Positions 1 to 8,583 of a stretch of DNA of 24,000 bases are shown here, one piece after another. The notes under the pieces were generated by a model. It was not told the DNA's origin and did no database searches. It saw nothing but the letters and a program-made list of their open reading frames with translations. Made by a program: the position numbers and the translations under genes. The stretch spans positions 22,962 to 46,961 of the forward strand of contig CAWHLK010000021.1 in the NCBI GenBank assembly GCA_963829965.1, written 5' to 3'. Numbering within the stretch: the stretch's first letter is position 1; each line of letters starts with the position of its first letter. This stretch comes from an uncultured archaeon (GTDB taxonomy: Bacteria > Armatimonadota > Fimbriimonadia > Fimbriimonadales > Fimbriimonadaceae).

Positions 1-543
1 GGCATGCGTTCGGTCGGTGTGGCGCCGCGGCCGTTTGGGAAGGACAAGAAGGTCGTCGTCGAACTGTTTGGCGAGCTTTGCCGGCTGCTTTTTCAAGCGA
101 AGATCATGCCGGTGCTCATCGAAATGGACAAGAACCAAGATGGGCCGCTGATCACAGAAATTGAAAAGCAGCAGGGTGGAAAAATTCCTGACTTGCGAAA
201 GCAGCAAACCCCTATGCAGATTCAGGGACGTATCGCCCGCATGGACGGCATGATCGCCATGCGGCTGCATGCGGGAATCTTGGCCGCGACGGTTGGAGTT
301 CCCCCGCTCATGATCAACTACGACCCAAAGGTGGCGGCATTTTCCAAGATGCTGGATATCGGTTCAGCGTTGCCAATGGATAACCTCACCCCTCAACGGT
401 TATTTGAAGCATTCATGACTTTCCAGAAGGACAACGAGCGGTTGACTAAGGTGATGCAGCGCAAGCGGGAAGAGCTGAGGCGCGAGGCGATGTTCAACAT
501 TCAGGCCGTTAGAGACGGCCTGCCAAGCAAAGTTTCAGTTTAG
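1..543 (+). CDS. polysaccharide pyruvyl transferase family protein (CsaB-like), C-terminal part; 5' end lies outside the window
   Basis: The frame is open from base 1 to TAG 541-543. MRLHAGILAATVGVPPLMINYDPKVAAF matches the conserved C-terminal core of PF04230-type pyruvyl transferases (CsaB/WcaK group). Confidence 0.6.
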   Translation, partial: GMRSVGVAPRPFGKDKKVVVELFGELCRLLFQAKIMPVLIEMDKNQDGPLITEIEKQQGGKIPDLRKQQTPMQIQGRIARMDGMIAMRLHAGILAATVGVPPLMINYDPKVAAFSKMLDIGSALPMDNLTPQRLFEAFMTFQKDNERLTKVMQRKREELRREAMFNIQAVRDGLPSKVSV

Positions 544-681
544 TTAGAGGGGGGATTTCAGCCCCAACTCTTGGGCGAGACTCTCGAGTCTCGGGTCGGC
601 CGTCCAGAAGCCTACATTCTCCACAAGCGCAGACGCAAGGAGATGTGCGTCGATCCATCCAGCGCCACGGCCGTGGGCTGC

Positions 682-1752
682 TCAAGCCGCAGTATCTTCA
701 ATCGCCGCGAGCTTGCGCGCCTGCTCGTCCTGGCTCAACGCATCCAGCATTTCCTGAATGTCGCCATCCATGAACGTGATCATGTTGTGCATGTCCATGC
801 CGATGCGGTGGTCGGTGATTCGGCTCTGGGGGAAGTTGTAGGTTCTAATTTTCTCGCTTCGATCGCCTGAACCGATTTGGCCTTTCCGCATACCGGATCG
901 CTCGGCTTCCATCTTCTGGCACTCGTAATCGTAAAGCTTGGCCCTAAGGACTGCCATTGCTTTGAGCTTGTTCTGCTGCTGGCTGCGTTCGTCTTGGCAA
1001 GTGACCACAATGCCCGTGGGCTTGTGGATGATCCGGATGGCGGTCTCATTCTTCTGCATGTGCTGGCCGCCGGCGGAGCTGGAACAGAAGGTTGAGAGTT
1101 CGATATCGTCCGCTTTGATCTGGACATCCACGTCTTCTGCTTCGGGGAGAACCGCAACCGTTACGGTGGAAGTATGGATGCGGCCGCTGCTTTCGGTCTT
1201 GGGCACGCGCTGAACACGGTGAACGCCGCTTTCATGCTTGAGCTGGCTGAATGCTCCTTGGGCGTCGATCGTGAAAACGATGCGCGAGGCGCCGCCGATA
1301 CCGCTTTCCTCATGCTCGACGATCTCGTATTTCCAGCGTCGCCGTTCGGCGTATCTGGCATACATTCGATAGATTTCGTTCGCAAAGAGGGCGGCTTCTT
1401 CGCCGCCTGCCGCAGCGCGGATCTCGATGATCACTGACTTGTCGTCGTTCGGGTCTTTGGGAACGAGCATCGCCTTGAGCCTGTCTTCTAGGACAGGAAT
1501 CTCGGCCTTAAGCTGGGTGACCTCCTCAAATGCAAGCTCCTTAAGCTCGGGGTCGCCCATCATCTCTTCGGCTTCTTCAAGACCCTTTAGCGCCTTCTTG
1601 TAATCCCGAATGATGGTGACGATGTCCTCGAGCTCTGCTCTAGCCTTTCCCAGCCTTTGAAGCTCGGAGGGATTTACGACAATATTGGGATCCTGCAACT
1701 GCGCTTCAACCTGTTCAAAGCGCTGCTCAATCTCCTCCAGCTTCTCTAGCAT
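682..1752 (-). CDS. prfA: peptide chain release factor 1
   Basis: GGQ motif ([23 protein letters not shown]) and RF1-type P-x-T tripeptide ([17 protein letters not shown]). [12 protein letters not shown] aligns with known RF1 N-termini, so ATG 1752 is preferred over the track's TTG 1758. Confidence 0.95.
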   Translation of the reverse strand: MLEKLEEIEQRFEQVEAQLQDPNIVVNPSELQRLGKARAELEDIVTIIRDYKKALKGLEEAEEMMGDPELKELAFEEVTQLKAEIPVLEDRLKAMLVPKDPNDDKSVIIEIRAAAGGEEAALFANEIYRMYARYAERRRWKYEIVEHEESGIGGASRIVFTIDAQGAFSQLKHESGVHRVQRVPKTESSGRIHTSTVTVAVLPEAEDVDVQIKADDIELSTFCSSSAGGQHMQKNETAIRIIHKPTGIVVTCQDERSQQQNKLKAMAVLRAKLYDYECQKMEAERSGMRKGQIGSGDRSEKIRTYNFPQSRITDHRIGMDMHNMITFMDGDIQEMLDALSQDEQARKLAAIEDTAA

Positions 1753-1760
1753 CTCCAAAA

Positions 1761-1766
1761 ATTGTA
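1761..1766 (-). promoter_or_regulatory. -10-like hexamer TACAAT 8 nt upstream of the prfA ATG (leaderless-type arrangement)
   Basis: The minus strand reads GGGTACAATTTTTGGAGATG. GGAG abuts the ATG with no spacing, so it is not a usable SD. A 7-bp inverted repeat TTGGCTG-N4-CAGCCAA (1770-1787) lies just upstream. Confidence 0.35.
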
Positions 1767-1842
1767 CCCTTGGCTGTCTGCAGCCAAGTTATCTACGGAT
1801 TGGGGCAGGGGTTGGTCGCCCTTTCCTTACTGTCTGCGCAAG

Positions 1843-2101
1843 CTATCTCGAAAGGCGAACCCAGAGCTTGTAGTCCTTTTTGTCTTTGAGCCTCCAGTCC
1901 AAGGCAGGACGCTGCTCGCCCTCCTCCAAAATGTTCCACTTCCCCTTGAACGCAACCATCACAGTCAGGATCGCCGGCTTGGGGTAAAGGCCGATCGGCA
2001 CGAAGCTGCCGCCTGTCGTCGGTGGCGTCGGCGTAAAGCGAAACCCGCCCCAGGTTCCCTCATTCGTATTGCGCCTCGCTTCCTATCGAGCGTGAATCCA
2101 T
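1843..2101 (-). pseudogene. small hypothetical protein (~85 aa) with an interrupted reading frame (net +1 shift needed)
   Basis: ATG 2101 is preceded by GGAG 8 nt upstream and gives MDSRSIGSEAQYE, then TGA (2060-2062). The +1 frame continues NEGTWGGFRFTPTPPTTGGSFVPIGLYPKPAILTVMVAFKGKWNILEEGEQRPALDWRLKDKKDYKLWVRLSR to TAG 1843-1845, which looks protein-like in composition. The span is 259 nt = 3n+1. Alternatively, a 52-aa ORF starts at GTG 2001. No family recognised. Confidence 0.3.
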
Positions 2102-2272
2102 GGTCTCAGCTCCACTGGGAGCTTTCAAACCACCCATGCCCCTGAACGGTACGATCAACGAGAAGTCATCCCCCTTGAAACGTACGTCTCGCTCCGCGCC
2201 ACGTAACCACAGCTGATGAACGCTGCTTCGTGTGGCACGAAACACTGGACCGCCAGGTAAAGTTGCCCAATC

Positions 2273-3571
2273 GTGGCAGACGAATCGAACATGGCGGCTA
2301 CGCCTTCGGGGACGGCAAGGTTCGTCGGATTCTATTGCCTTGTGCTGATGACGCTGTACAATTTTGCGGCGATCGGACTCATTGCCGTGCCGCTGCAGTT
2401 CGTTCTCATGAACAAGCTGCACTTTTCCCCCGTGCAGCAATCGGCATTCGGGATGTACACCGATATCCCCTTCTATGTGGGATTCGCGTTTGGCTTTCTG
2501 CGCGACCGCTGGCGGCCATTCAACAAGGGAGACCGCGCTTACTTCTTTCTTGTGCCTCTGCTAATGGCCGCTATCTACTTGGCGATGTCCTTCACGCCGG
2601 CCAACTATTACTCTTTGCTTTGGGGCAGCATCGGGCTTTCCGCGTTGGCCGCTTTACTTGGGGCTTCGGCGCAGGGGCTTCTCGCGGCCATCGGCAAAGA
2701 CTTTGGGATGATGGGCCGGCTCGGGACGATTACTCTGATTACCGCGCGTGGTTCCATGATGTATTCCGCCGGAATCGGAGGCTGGTTGGGAGACAATGCC
2801 GGCCCGCGCGTGCCGTTTTTGCTTAGCGCTCTAGTTTGCCTATCTGTGATTCTTTTGGCCTTTTGGCGACCCCGGGCGATTTTCCGGTCGGGAGACGAAG
2901 TGTTTGTCAGCGTTATTCCAGAGAATGCGATGACGGCGATGAAGCGGTTACTGCGGCACAAGGCCATCTACATCCCTGCCGTCGTTCTATTTCTGTGGGA
3001 GTTTGCGCCGGGATGGGGAACGCCCCTCATGCGATTTTTGACTCAGCAAATCAAAATCAGCGAAAGCGCTTTTGGGTCTTCTCAGGCATGGCTCCGGTTT
3101 GGGACGGTCTTCGCCGGCCTGTCTTATGGCTGGCTCTGCAAGTGGTTCCGGTTCAAGGCATTGCTCAACTGGGGCACGTTGCTTGGCGTTTTAGGCGGCC
3201 CTGCGTTTTTGCTGATTCACACAGCGGGCCAAGCGAACATCGTTAGTCTGCTGGCCGGCGTTTCCTGCGGCATCGCCCTAGCCGCTTACTATGATCTCTT
3301 GATTCGATGCTGCCCTAAGGAGCTTGAGGGGGTGGCTTATATGCTTACTTTTGCCGTTTTTACCTTCGCCACCGACGTCAGCGATATCTTCGGCTCCTGG
3401 CTCTACGAGAAGGGCGGTTTTACCCTGGCCTTGGTGGTGACGACGGTTGGCACAGCGCTTATCTTCATTCCCGTGAACCTGCTGCCGAGGGCGATTTCGC
3501 ATCCCCATGAGGGCGAGCCGATCGTCGACGAGGATCCGCCCGAGCTTTCGCGAGAGCCGGTTCCGGCGTAG
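2273..3571 (+). CDS. MFS-type membrane transporter, folate-biopterin transporter (BT1)-like
   Basis: 432 aa with about 12 hydrophobic segments. NKLHFSPVQQSAFGMYTDIPFYVGFAFGFLRDRWRPFNKGDRAYFFL resembles the BT1 (PF03092) loop motif (sD..pifG.rRr.Y). Start is GTG 2273 or ATG 2291. Confidence 0.6.
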   Translation: MADESNMAATPSGTARFVGFYCLVLMTLYNFAAIGLIAVPLQFVLMNKLHFSPVQQSAFGMYTDIPFYVGFAFGFLRDRWRPFNKGDRAYFFLVPLLMAAIYLAMSFTPANYYSLLWGSIGLSALAALLGASAQGLLAAIGKDFGMMGRLGTITLITARGSMMYSAGIGGWLGDNAGPRVPFLLSALVCLSVILLAFWRPRAIFRSGDEVFVSVIPENAMTAMKRLLRHKAIYIPAVVLFLWEFAPGWGTPLMRFLTQQIKISESAFGSSQAWLRFGTVFAGLSYGWLCKWFRFKALLNWGTLLGVLGGPAFLLIHTAGQANIVSLLAGVSCGIALAAYYDLLIRCCPKELEGVAYMLTFAVFTFATDVSDIFGSWLYEKGGFTLALVVTTVGTALIFIPVNLLPRAISHPHEGEPIVDEDPPELSREPVPA

Positions 3572-3633
3572 GTTGACTTCCGGCAGCGTATTCGGGATTC
3601 GGCTCGATTCTCGCTGATTTCTCTTTTTAGTTA

Positions 3634-3662
3634 TTGCAGTTGGTGTCACAATGGGTTACTAT
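3634..3662 (+). promoter_or_regulatory. sigma70-like promoter TTGCAG-17-TACTAT
   Basis: Hexamers at 3634-3639 and 3657-3662 with a 17-nt spacer. The -10 ends 17 nt before ATG 3680, and there is no clear SD. Confidence 0.35.
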
Positions 3663-3679
3663 TGGGGTAGGTATTAATT

Positions 3680-4879
3680 ATGGCTACGCCTTTTGCCACT
3701 TCACGACCTGCGACGCCGCCGGCGCCTCAGAATATGCCGGGTGCGATCCCGCTTCCCGGGCCTAACCCAACGCCCCCGGCTCCGACGACCATCACGGCCG
3801 CCAACCTTGTAGGTGGAGCCGACGCCGAGGGCGTAGGGGGCAATAAACCCCCCGTTCCGGGCGCAACACCAACCGCCACCGGTTGTTTCCACGTGGATGT
3901 TCGATTGAACACGATCCAGTTTGAATACGATCCAACATGCCCCTCCCAAATTGGGCAGGAGCAACTGGACTTGATGGCGCAAATCAAGAAGACGGAGTCC
4001 GTGCTGACCGCCATCTTTTACCCAGAAGGTTTACCACCCGATCTCAAGCTCCGGATGCCGGCCAAACGGATAACAACAGCCCCAACTCGCCAGCCGTCGG
4101 CCGCAATTGCGGCGGCGCTATCGGACGCCCATCGTTCGGCCAAAGCGCAGGTCGACGAGGAGCAAAGCGCCTACGACGCTCAAATGCGTAAAGTGGCGGA
4201 CAATCCGAAGAAGGAAGAAAAACGTAAAGAAGAAAAGGCCGAGAAAAAGAAGGCCAAGTTCCGTTCCTACTTTTATGCCTTGGTGCTGTTGGCTGAACTT
4301 GGGCTGGACGGTCCGAAAGGACAGCCGTGGCTTGCCAATGGGGCTCTCGCAAGCTTGAAAGATCAAATTGTCACACTTGAGGCGGGCAGAGTTAAGAATG
4401 GCTACATGCGGCAGCTAGGAGCCGAGGGCTTCTTGCTCGGTGCCGTCCCCCTAGCCATCTTGATAGCAAGAGAACTTTGGCGCATCTACGACCCCAAGTC
4501 AACGGGCTATTTTTCGACACTGTTTGAGAGCCAACCGATGGGTGTGGTTTATATACTGCTCTACGCTTGGGTCGGGGCGATGGTGGGGACCTTTCTGTCC
4601 TTCGCGATGAGAAACCCGGTTCTCACGTTTGATCAACTTGGTGTGCCCGAATCCGATCGATTGAACCCTTCGATGAGGCTATCTTACGTGGGAATTCTCG
4701 CGGTTATCGTGCATGTTGCCCTCTTGTTCGGGGCGTTCAAGATATCGATTGGCACACTCGATTCGGCGAAGCTCGAGACTACGCCGTCGCTGGCATTGCT
4801 CATCGGCACTTTCTGCGGGATTTCAGAACGGGCAATAAGTGGCAAGCTCATTGCGAGCGCAGATTCAAGCGGAAAGTGA
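3680..4879 (+). CDS. hypothetical membrane protein with a Pro-rich N-terminus, a K/E-rich segment and 4-5 C-terminal TM helices
   Basis: 399-aa ORF. It has a P/T/A-rich first ~70 aa without a signal peptide, the stretch KKEEKRKEEKAEKKKAK, and hydrophobic helices (e.g. GVVYILLYAWVGAMVGTFLSFAM, YVGILAVIVHVALLFGAF). No family recognised. Confidence 0.7.
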   Translation: MATPFATSRPATPPAPQNMPGAIPLPGPNPTPPAPTTITAANLVGGADAEGVGGNKPPVPGATPTATGCFHVDVRLNTIQFEYDPTCPSQIGQEQLDLMAQIKKTESVLTAIFYPEGLPPDLKLRMPAKRITTAPTRQPSAAIAAALSDAHRSAKAQVDEEQSAYDAQMRKVADNPKKEEKRKEEKAEKKKAKFRSYFYALVLLAELGLDGPKGQPWLANGALASLKDQIVTLEAGRVKNGYMRQLGAEGFLLGAVPLAILIARELWRIYDPKSTGYFSTLFESQPMGVVYILLYAWVGAMVGTFLSFAMRNPVLTFDQLGVPESDRLNPSMRLSYVGILAVIVHVALLFGAFKISIGTLDSAKLETTPSLALLIGTFCGISERAISGKLIASADSSGK

Positions 4880-4889
4880 GATAAGGAAA

Positions 4890-6650
4890 ATGGCTAGTAA
4901 CGTGAATATCGATGTCTTGATTGTCGGCGGAGGGCTCGGAGGTGTTTCTGCCGCGCTAGCGGCTTCTTCGCTTGGCGTAAGCGTGATGCTGGTGGAATCC
5001 AGCAACTGGCTAGGAGGGCAGCTCACCGGTCAGGGCGTTTGTACGCCCGATGAAGACGCTCTCAATGGCCTGCCCGTTGTGGAAATGTACGGCTCCACTG
5101 CCACTTACCGAGATCTCAAACACCGCATCCGCGAATGGTATCGCAACAACGCGGCTCTCAGTGCAACCGGCAATACTCAGACTTTGCTGAACATCGGGCG
5201 GTGTTGGGTGAATACCGGCTTCGCCGTCGAACCAGGCGTGGCGGTGGTTGTACTTAACCAGATGCTTTCCGAGTTGAATGTAACTCCCATTCTCAACGCA
5301 AGTGTTTCCGGCGCAACCTTGAACGGCCGATTGATCGGTCCGGTCACGGTTACCGAGTCGGATGGGACTACGACCGTCGTCAGCGCCAAGTTCATTCTGG
5401 ACGCGACTGAAACCGGCGACCTGCTCCCGATGTTTGGACTTCAGCACGTCATTGGAGCGGAGGCTCAATCGGATACGGGCGAACCGGATGCGCCGGCCGA
5501 CTGCGCCCATCCTGAGTGGATCCAGCCCGTGACCTATCCGTTCGCCCTGGTTCACCGTCCGGCCGGGGAAAACTACACGATTCCCGAACCGGCCAACTAC
5601 GACGCGATCAAAGCGGCACAGAACTTTTCCCTGGTCGATGGCGCGATTACCGCGATGTTCACCGGCCCGGCCCCCTTCTGGACGTATCGGCGAATCGTGG
5701 ACCACACGCTGTTCAATGACCCTAACTATCCGTATGATTTGGCCACGATCAACGTTGCCGCGAACGACTACAAGGGGGGCATCTATCCGGACGATAACAA
5801 TCCAGGCAACAATTCCGCCGTTTTGGCCGCGGCCCGCCAGGCTTCGCTGGCTTACCTCTACTGGCTGCAGACCGAAGCGCCGAGAGACGACGGCAACCCT
5901 TCTCCCGGTTGGCCCGAACTGATGCCAGCGACTTACTTTTTCAACACGGCGGATTCAATCTCCCCCGCTCCCTATATACGCGAATCGCGAAGAATCAAGG
6001 GCCTTTATCGCGTTCTGGAAAGTGACATCTCCGCTGCCAACAACCCCGGGATGCGTGCCAAAGTGTTCGCAGACTCTTGCGGAATCGGCAACTACGCGAT
6101 GGACGTGCACGCGGGGGCGAATGGCGGCGTCGAGGTCCAGCAACCAACGAAGCCCTACCAGATTTCGGCCAAGTCCCTGGTCCCGAACGATTGCGACAAT
6201 CTGATCGCTTCCGGAAAATGCCTTGGCGTGACTCACATCACGAACGGCGCCTATCGGCTGCATCCGCAAGAGTGGAACGTGGGCGAGGCGGCGGGGGCTC
6301 TTGCTGCCTTTTGTGTCCACACGTCCAGCACGCCTGCCCAGGTTGTGAGTGGCGACCCGCTTTTGGCCCAATATCAGAACACGATCATGAATCGCGGCGT
6401 CCCGCTCTTTTGGTGGAGCGACGTGCTTGGCAACCCGTTCTGGAACCACATCCAAATGTGCGGGGCAAGAGGGGCTTTTGTTGGTGATCCGGGAACATTG
6501 GCGTTCAACCCCTCAGGCGTATTTGACGCGGATGCGCAGGCAAATATTGCAGGGCAATACCCGGGTGTGACGTTTAACTGGCCAACGGATCCGTTCACCC
6601 GCGCGCAAGCGGCCCAGGTAATTGCGAACCAGATGGGGTGGGTGCAGTAG
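4890..6650 (+). CDS. FAD-dependent oxidoreductase (PF12831-like) with a C-terminal SLH-like module
   Basis: ATG 4890 has an AAGGA SD 10 nt after the upstream stop. N-terminal dinucleotide-binding motif NIDVLIVGGGLGGVSAALAASSLGVSVMLVESSNWLGGQ. The C-terminal WSDVLGNPFWNHIQMCGARGAFVGDPGTLAFNP...FTRAQAAQVIANQMG fits the SLH pattern. The track's ATG 4839 would overlap the upstream gene and lacks an SD. Confidence 0.8.
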   Translation: MASNVNIDVLIVGGGLGGVSAALAASSLGVSVMLVESSNWLGGQLTGQGVCTPDEDALNGLPVVEMYGSTATYRDLKHRIREWYRNNAALSATGNTQTLLNIGRCWVNTGFAVEPGVAVVVLNQMLSELNVTPILNASVSGATLNGRLIGPVTVTESDGTTTVVSAKFILDATETGDLLPMFGLQHVIGAEAQSDTGEPDAPADCAHPEWIQPVTYPFALVHRPAGENYTIPEPANYDAIKAAQNFSLVDGAITAMFTGPAPFWTYRRIVDHTLFNDPNYPYDLATINVAANDYKGGIYPDDNNPGNNSAVLAAARQASLAYLYWLQTEAPRDDGNPSPGWPELMPATYFFNTADSISPAPYIRESRRIKGLYRVLESDISAANNPGMRAKVFADSCGIGNYAMDVHAGANGGVEVQQPTKPYQISAKSLVPNDCDNLIASGKCLGVTHITNGAYRLHPQEWNVGEAAGALAAFCVHTSSTPAQVVSGDPLLAQYQNTIMNRGVPLFWWSDVLGNPFWNHIQMCGARGAFVGDPGTLAFNPSGVFDADAQANIAGQYPGVTFNWPTDPFTRAQAAQVIANQMGWVQ

Positions 6651-8475
6651 TTAGACCGGCACTTCGGATCTTCTCTCAGCGACTCTTCTCTCCGAGTGGT
6701 CGAGGATCTTCTTTCTGAACCTCAGCTGCTTGGGCGTGGCCTCTAACAGTTCATCGTCTCGCAGCCAGCTTAGGGCCTGCTCCAAGGAGAACTCCTTGTG
6801 CGGATCGAGAGCTACTGTTTGTTCCGAGGTTGCAGACCGAATGTTGTTCGCCGCTTTCATCTTGGTCGCGTTGACGATCATGTCCTCGTCCCGGCTGCAA
6901 GCGCCCACGATCATGCCTGCGTAGAGGTCGGTGCCGACTTCGTAAAAGAGGGTCCCGCGCTCCATCACGTCTTCATAGGCGTAGCGCGTCAGTTTGCCGG
7001 TGTCTTTGGAAATCAGGGAGCCCTGGGTTCGGGAGACGATCTCGCCACCGTACGGCCGGTAGCCATCGAAAATGGACGACATGATGCCGAGGCCTCGCGT
7101 CATCGTGAGGTAGTTGGAACGGAAACCGATCAAACCACGCGTGGGGATCACGTACTTCATGCGAGTGGCGCCGCCCTCCGTGTTCGCCATATCCAGAAGC
7201 TCGCCCTTGCGGCGGCTAAGATCTTCCATCACCGCGCCGACGGAATCTTCTGGCAAGTCCAGGGTCACTTCTTCAAACGGCTCTTGGAGAATTCCGTTTT
7301 CCCGATGGAAGATGACTTGCGGGCGCGAAATCTGCATCTCGAAGCCTTCGCGGCGCATGGTTTCGATGAGGACAGCGAGTTGAAGTTCACCACGGGCGGC
7401 TACCTTTACTGTGTCTGGAGGGGCATTGCGATCGATGTGGATGGAAACGCTGATGACTTCCTCCTTTTCCAACCGCTCTCTAATCTTGTGGATAGTAAGG
7501 AACTTGCCGCCGTCCTTGCTCGCAAGCGGCGAGTTATTCGCGTAAAAGTTCATGGTGAGGGTGCTCGGCTCGACCTTGATTGCGGGAAGCGGCTTCGTAG
7601 ATTCCGGCGAAGAAATGGTGTCGGAAATGTACACCGGCTCTATGCCTGACATCATGACAATCTCGCCGGCCGAGGCCGATTCCACTTCCTGAGTTTGGAT
7701 GCCTTCGTAGACCCAAAGCTTGGTGACATTGAAACCGATCTGCTTGTCAGTGCCTTCGCGCGTTTGCGCCAAGCGGTCGCCCACCTTGACGGTCCCGCGC
7801 AAAATCTTGCCGCCGAACATGCGGCCGAGGTAATCCGAGTAGTCCAGGTTGTTAATCTGGATTTGAAATGGTCCGTCTGCTTCCACTGCAGGAGGAGGAA
7901 CGGCGTTTACGATCATCTCAAACAGTTCGCGCATGTCAGTTTCACTGCCATCCGGGGAAACGCGGGCAAATCCGCCCGAGCCGCTGGTGAAAAGGTGGGG
8001 AAAAGAGATCGTCTTCGCTTGCGCCGAGATCGATGAAGAGGTCAATCGTTTTGTCGTAGGCGTCCATGGGGCGGGCGCCTTCACGGTCGATCTTATTGAT
8101 GCAGACGATGGGTTTGAGCTTGTTCTCAAACGCCTTTTTGAGCACAAACCGGGTTTGGGGCATGGGCCCTTCATTGGCGTCGACGATGAGGAGGACGCCG
8201 TCCACCATGGAGAGAACGCGCTCGACTTCGCCACCGAAATCGGCGTGGCCGGGCGTGTCTACGATGTTGATCTTCACATCCTTGTAGCGCACGCTCGCGA
8301 CTTTGGAAAGGATGGTGATGCCCTTTTCGCGCTCGAGTTCGTTGCTGTCCATCACACGCTCTTGCATGTGCTGGTTCTCACGGAAGATGTGCATTTGACG
8401 AAAAATCGCGTCGACCAGCGTTGTCTTGCCATGGTCGACGTGCGCGATGATACCGACGTTGCGAATTTGGGGCAT
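6651..8475 (-). pseudogene. typA: translational GTPase TypA/BipA, reading frame broken by a net +1 shift
   Basis: ORF 7942-8475 carries the G domain ([28 protein letters not shown]). ORF 6651-8234 carries the rest ([13 protein letters not shown]... to RFRKKILDHSERR). The two frames meet at the minus-strand run CTCTTTTCCCCAC (plus 7995-8007). The span is 1825 nt = 3n+1, giving about 607 aa once corrected. Confidence 0.9.
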
Positions 8476-8482
8476 AAGTCAA

Positions 8483-8488
8483 ATTGTA
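8483..8488 (-). promoter_or_regulatory. -10-like hexamer TACAAT 7 nt upstream of the typA ATG
   Basis: The minus strand reads CCGGTACAATTTGACTTATG. No SD lies between the hexamer and the start. Confidence 0.3.
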
Positions 8489-8583
8489 CCGGGATGGGGC
8501 GGTTCGGCGTTGGAATGATACAAATATGAGGCCATTCTTAGCACTAAACCCCTCATTTGTTCAGGGAAGGGTGCGAAGGGTTC

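Noticed and set aside
551-600. Short GC hairpins between the convergent csaB-like gene and prfA as terminators
   Set aside because: The stems are only 4-6 bp and lack U tracts on either strand, so they are not convincing.
2060-2062. In-frame TGA after MDSRSIGSEAQYE read as selenocysteine, given selD in the window; the frame stays open for ~100 more codons
   Set aside because: The downstream sequence in that frame (GNLGRVSLYADATDDRRQLRADRP...) looks like GC-rich off-frame noise, whereas the +1 frame looks protein-like. I recognised no SECIS-like hairpin.
1762-2145. 127-aa plus-strand ORF in the prfA upstream gap
   Set aside because: It is W/R/P-rich and not protein-like. The opposite strand carries an SD-led ORF with better composition.
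5010-5705. 231-aa minus-strand ORF inside the FAD oxidoreductase gene, and similar antisense or off-frame ORFs (2230-2826, 2608-2967, 6798-7649, 7933-8529, 23136-23738)
   Set aside because: All of them overlap better-supported genes. They have R/G/P-rich low-information composition and no SD or start context.
7995-8007. Programmed +1 frameshift in typA on the UUUU run
   Set aside because: There is no stimulatory element: no slow or stop codon in the A site and no upstream SD-like sequence as in prfB. A homopolymer error or mutation is the simpler explanation.
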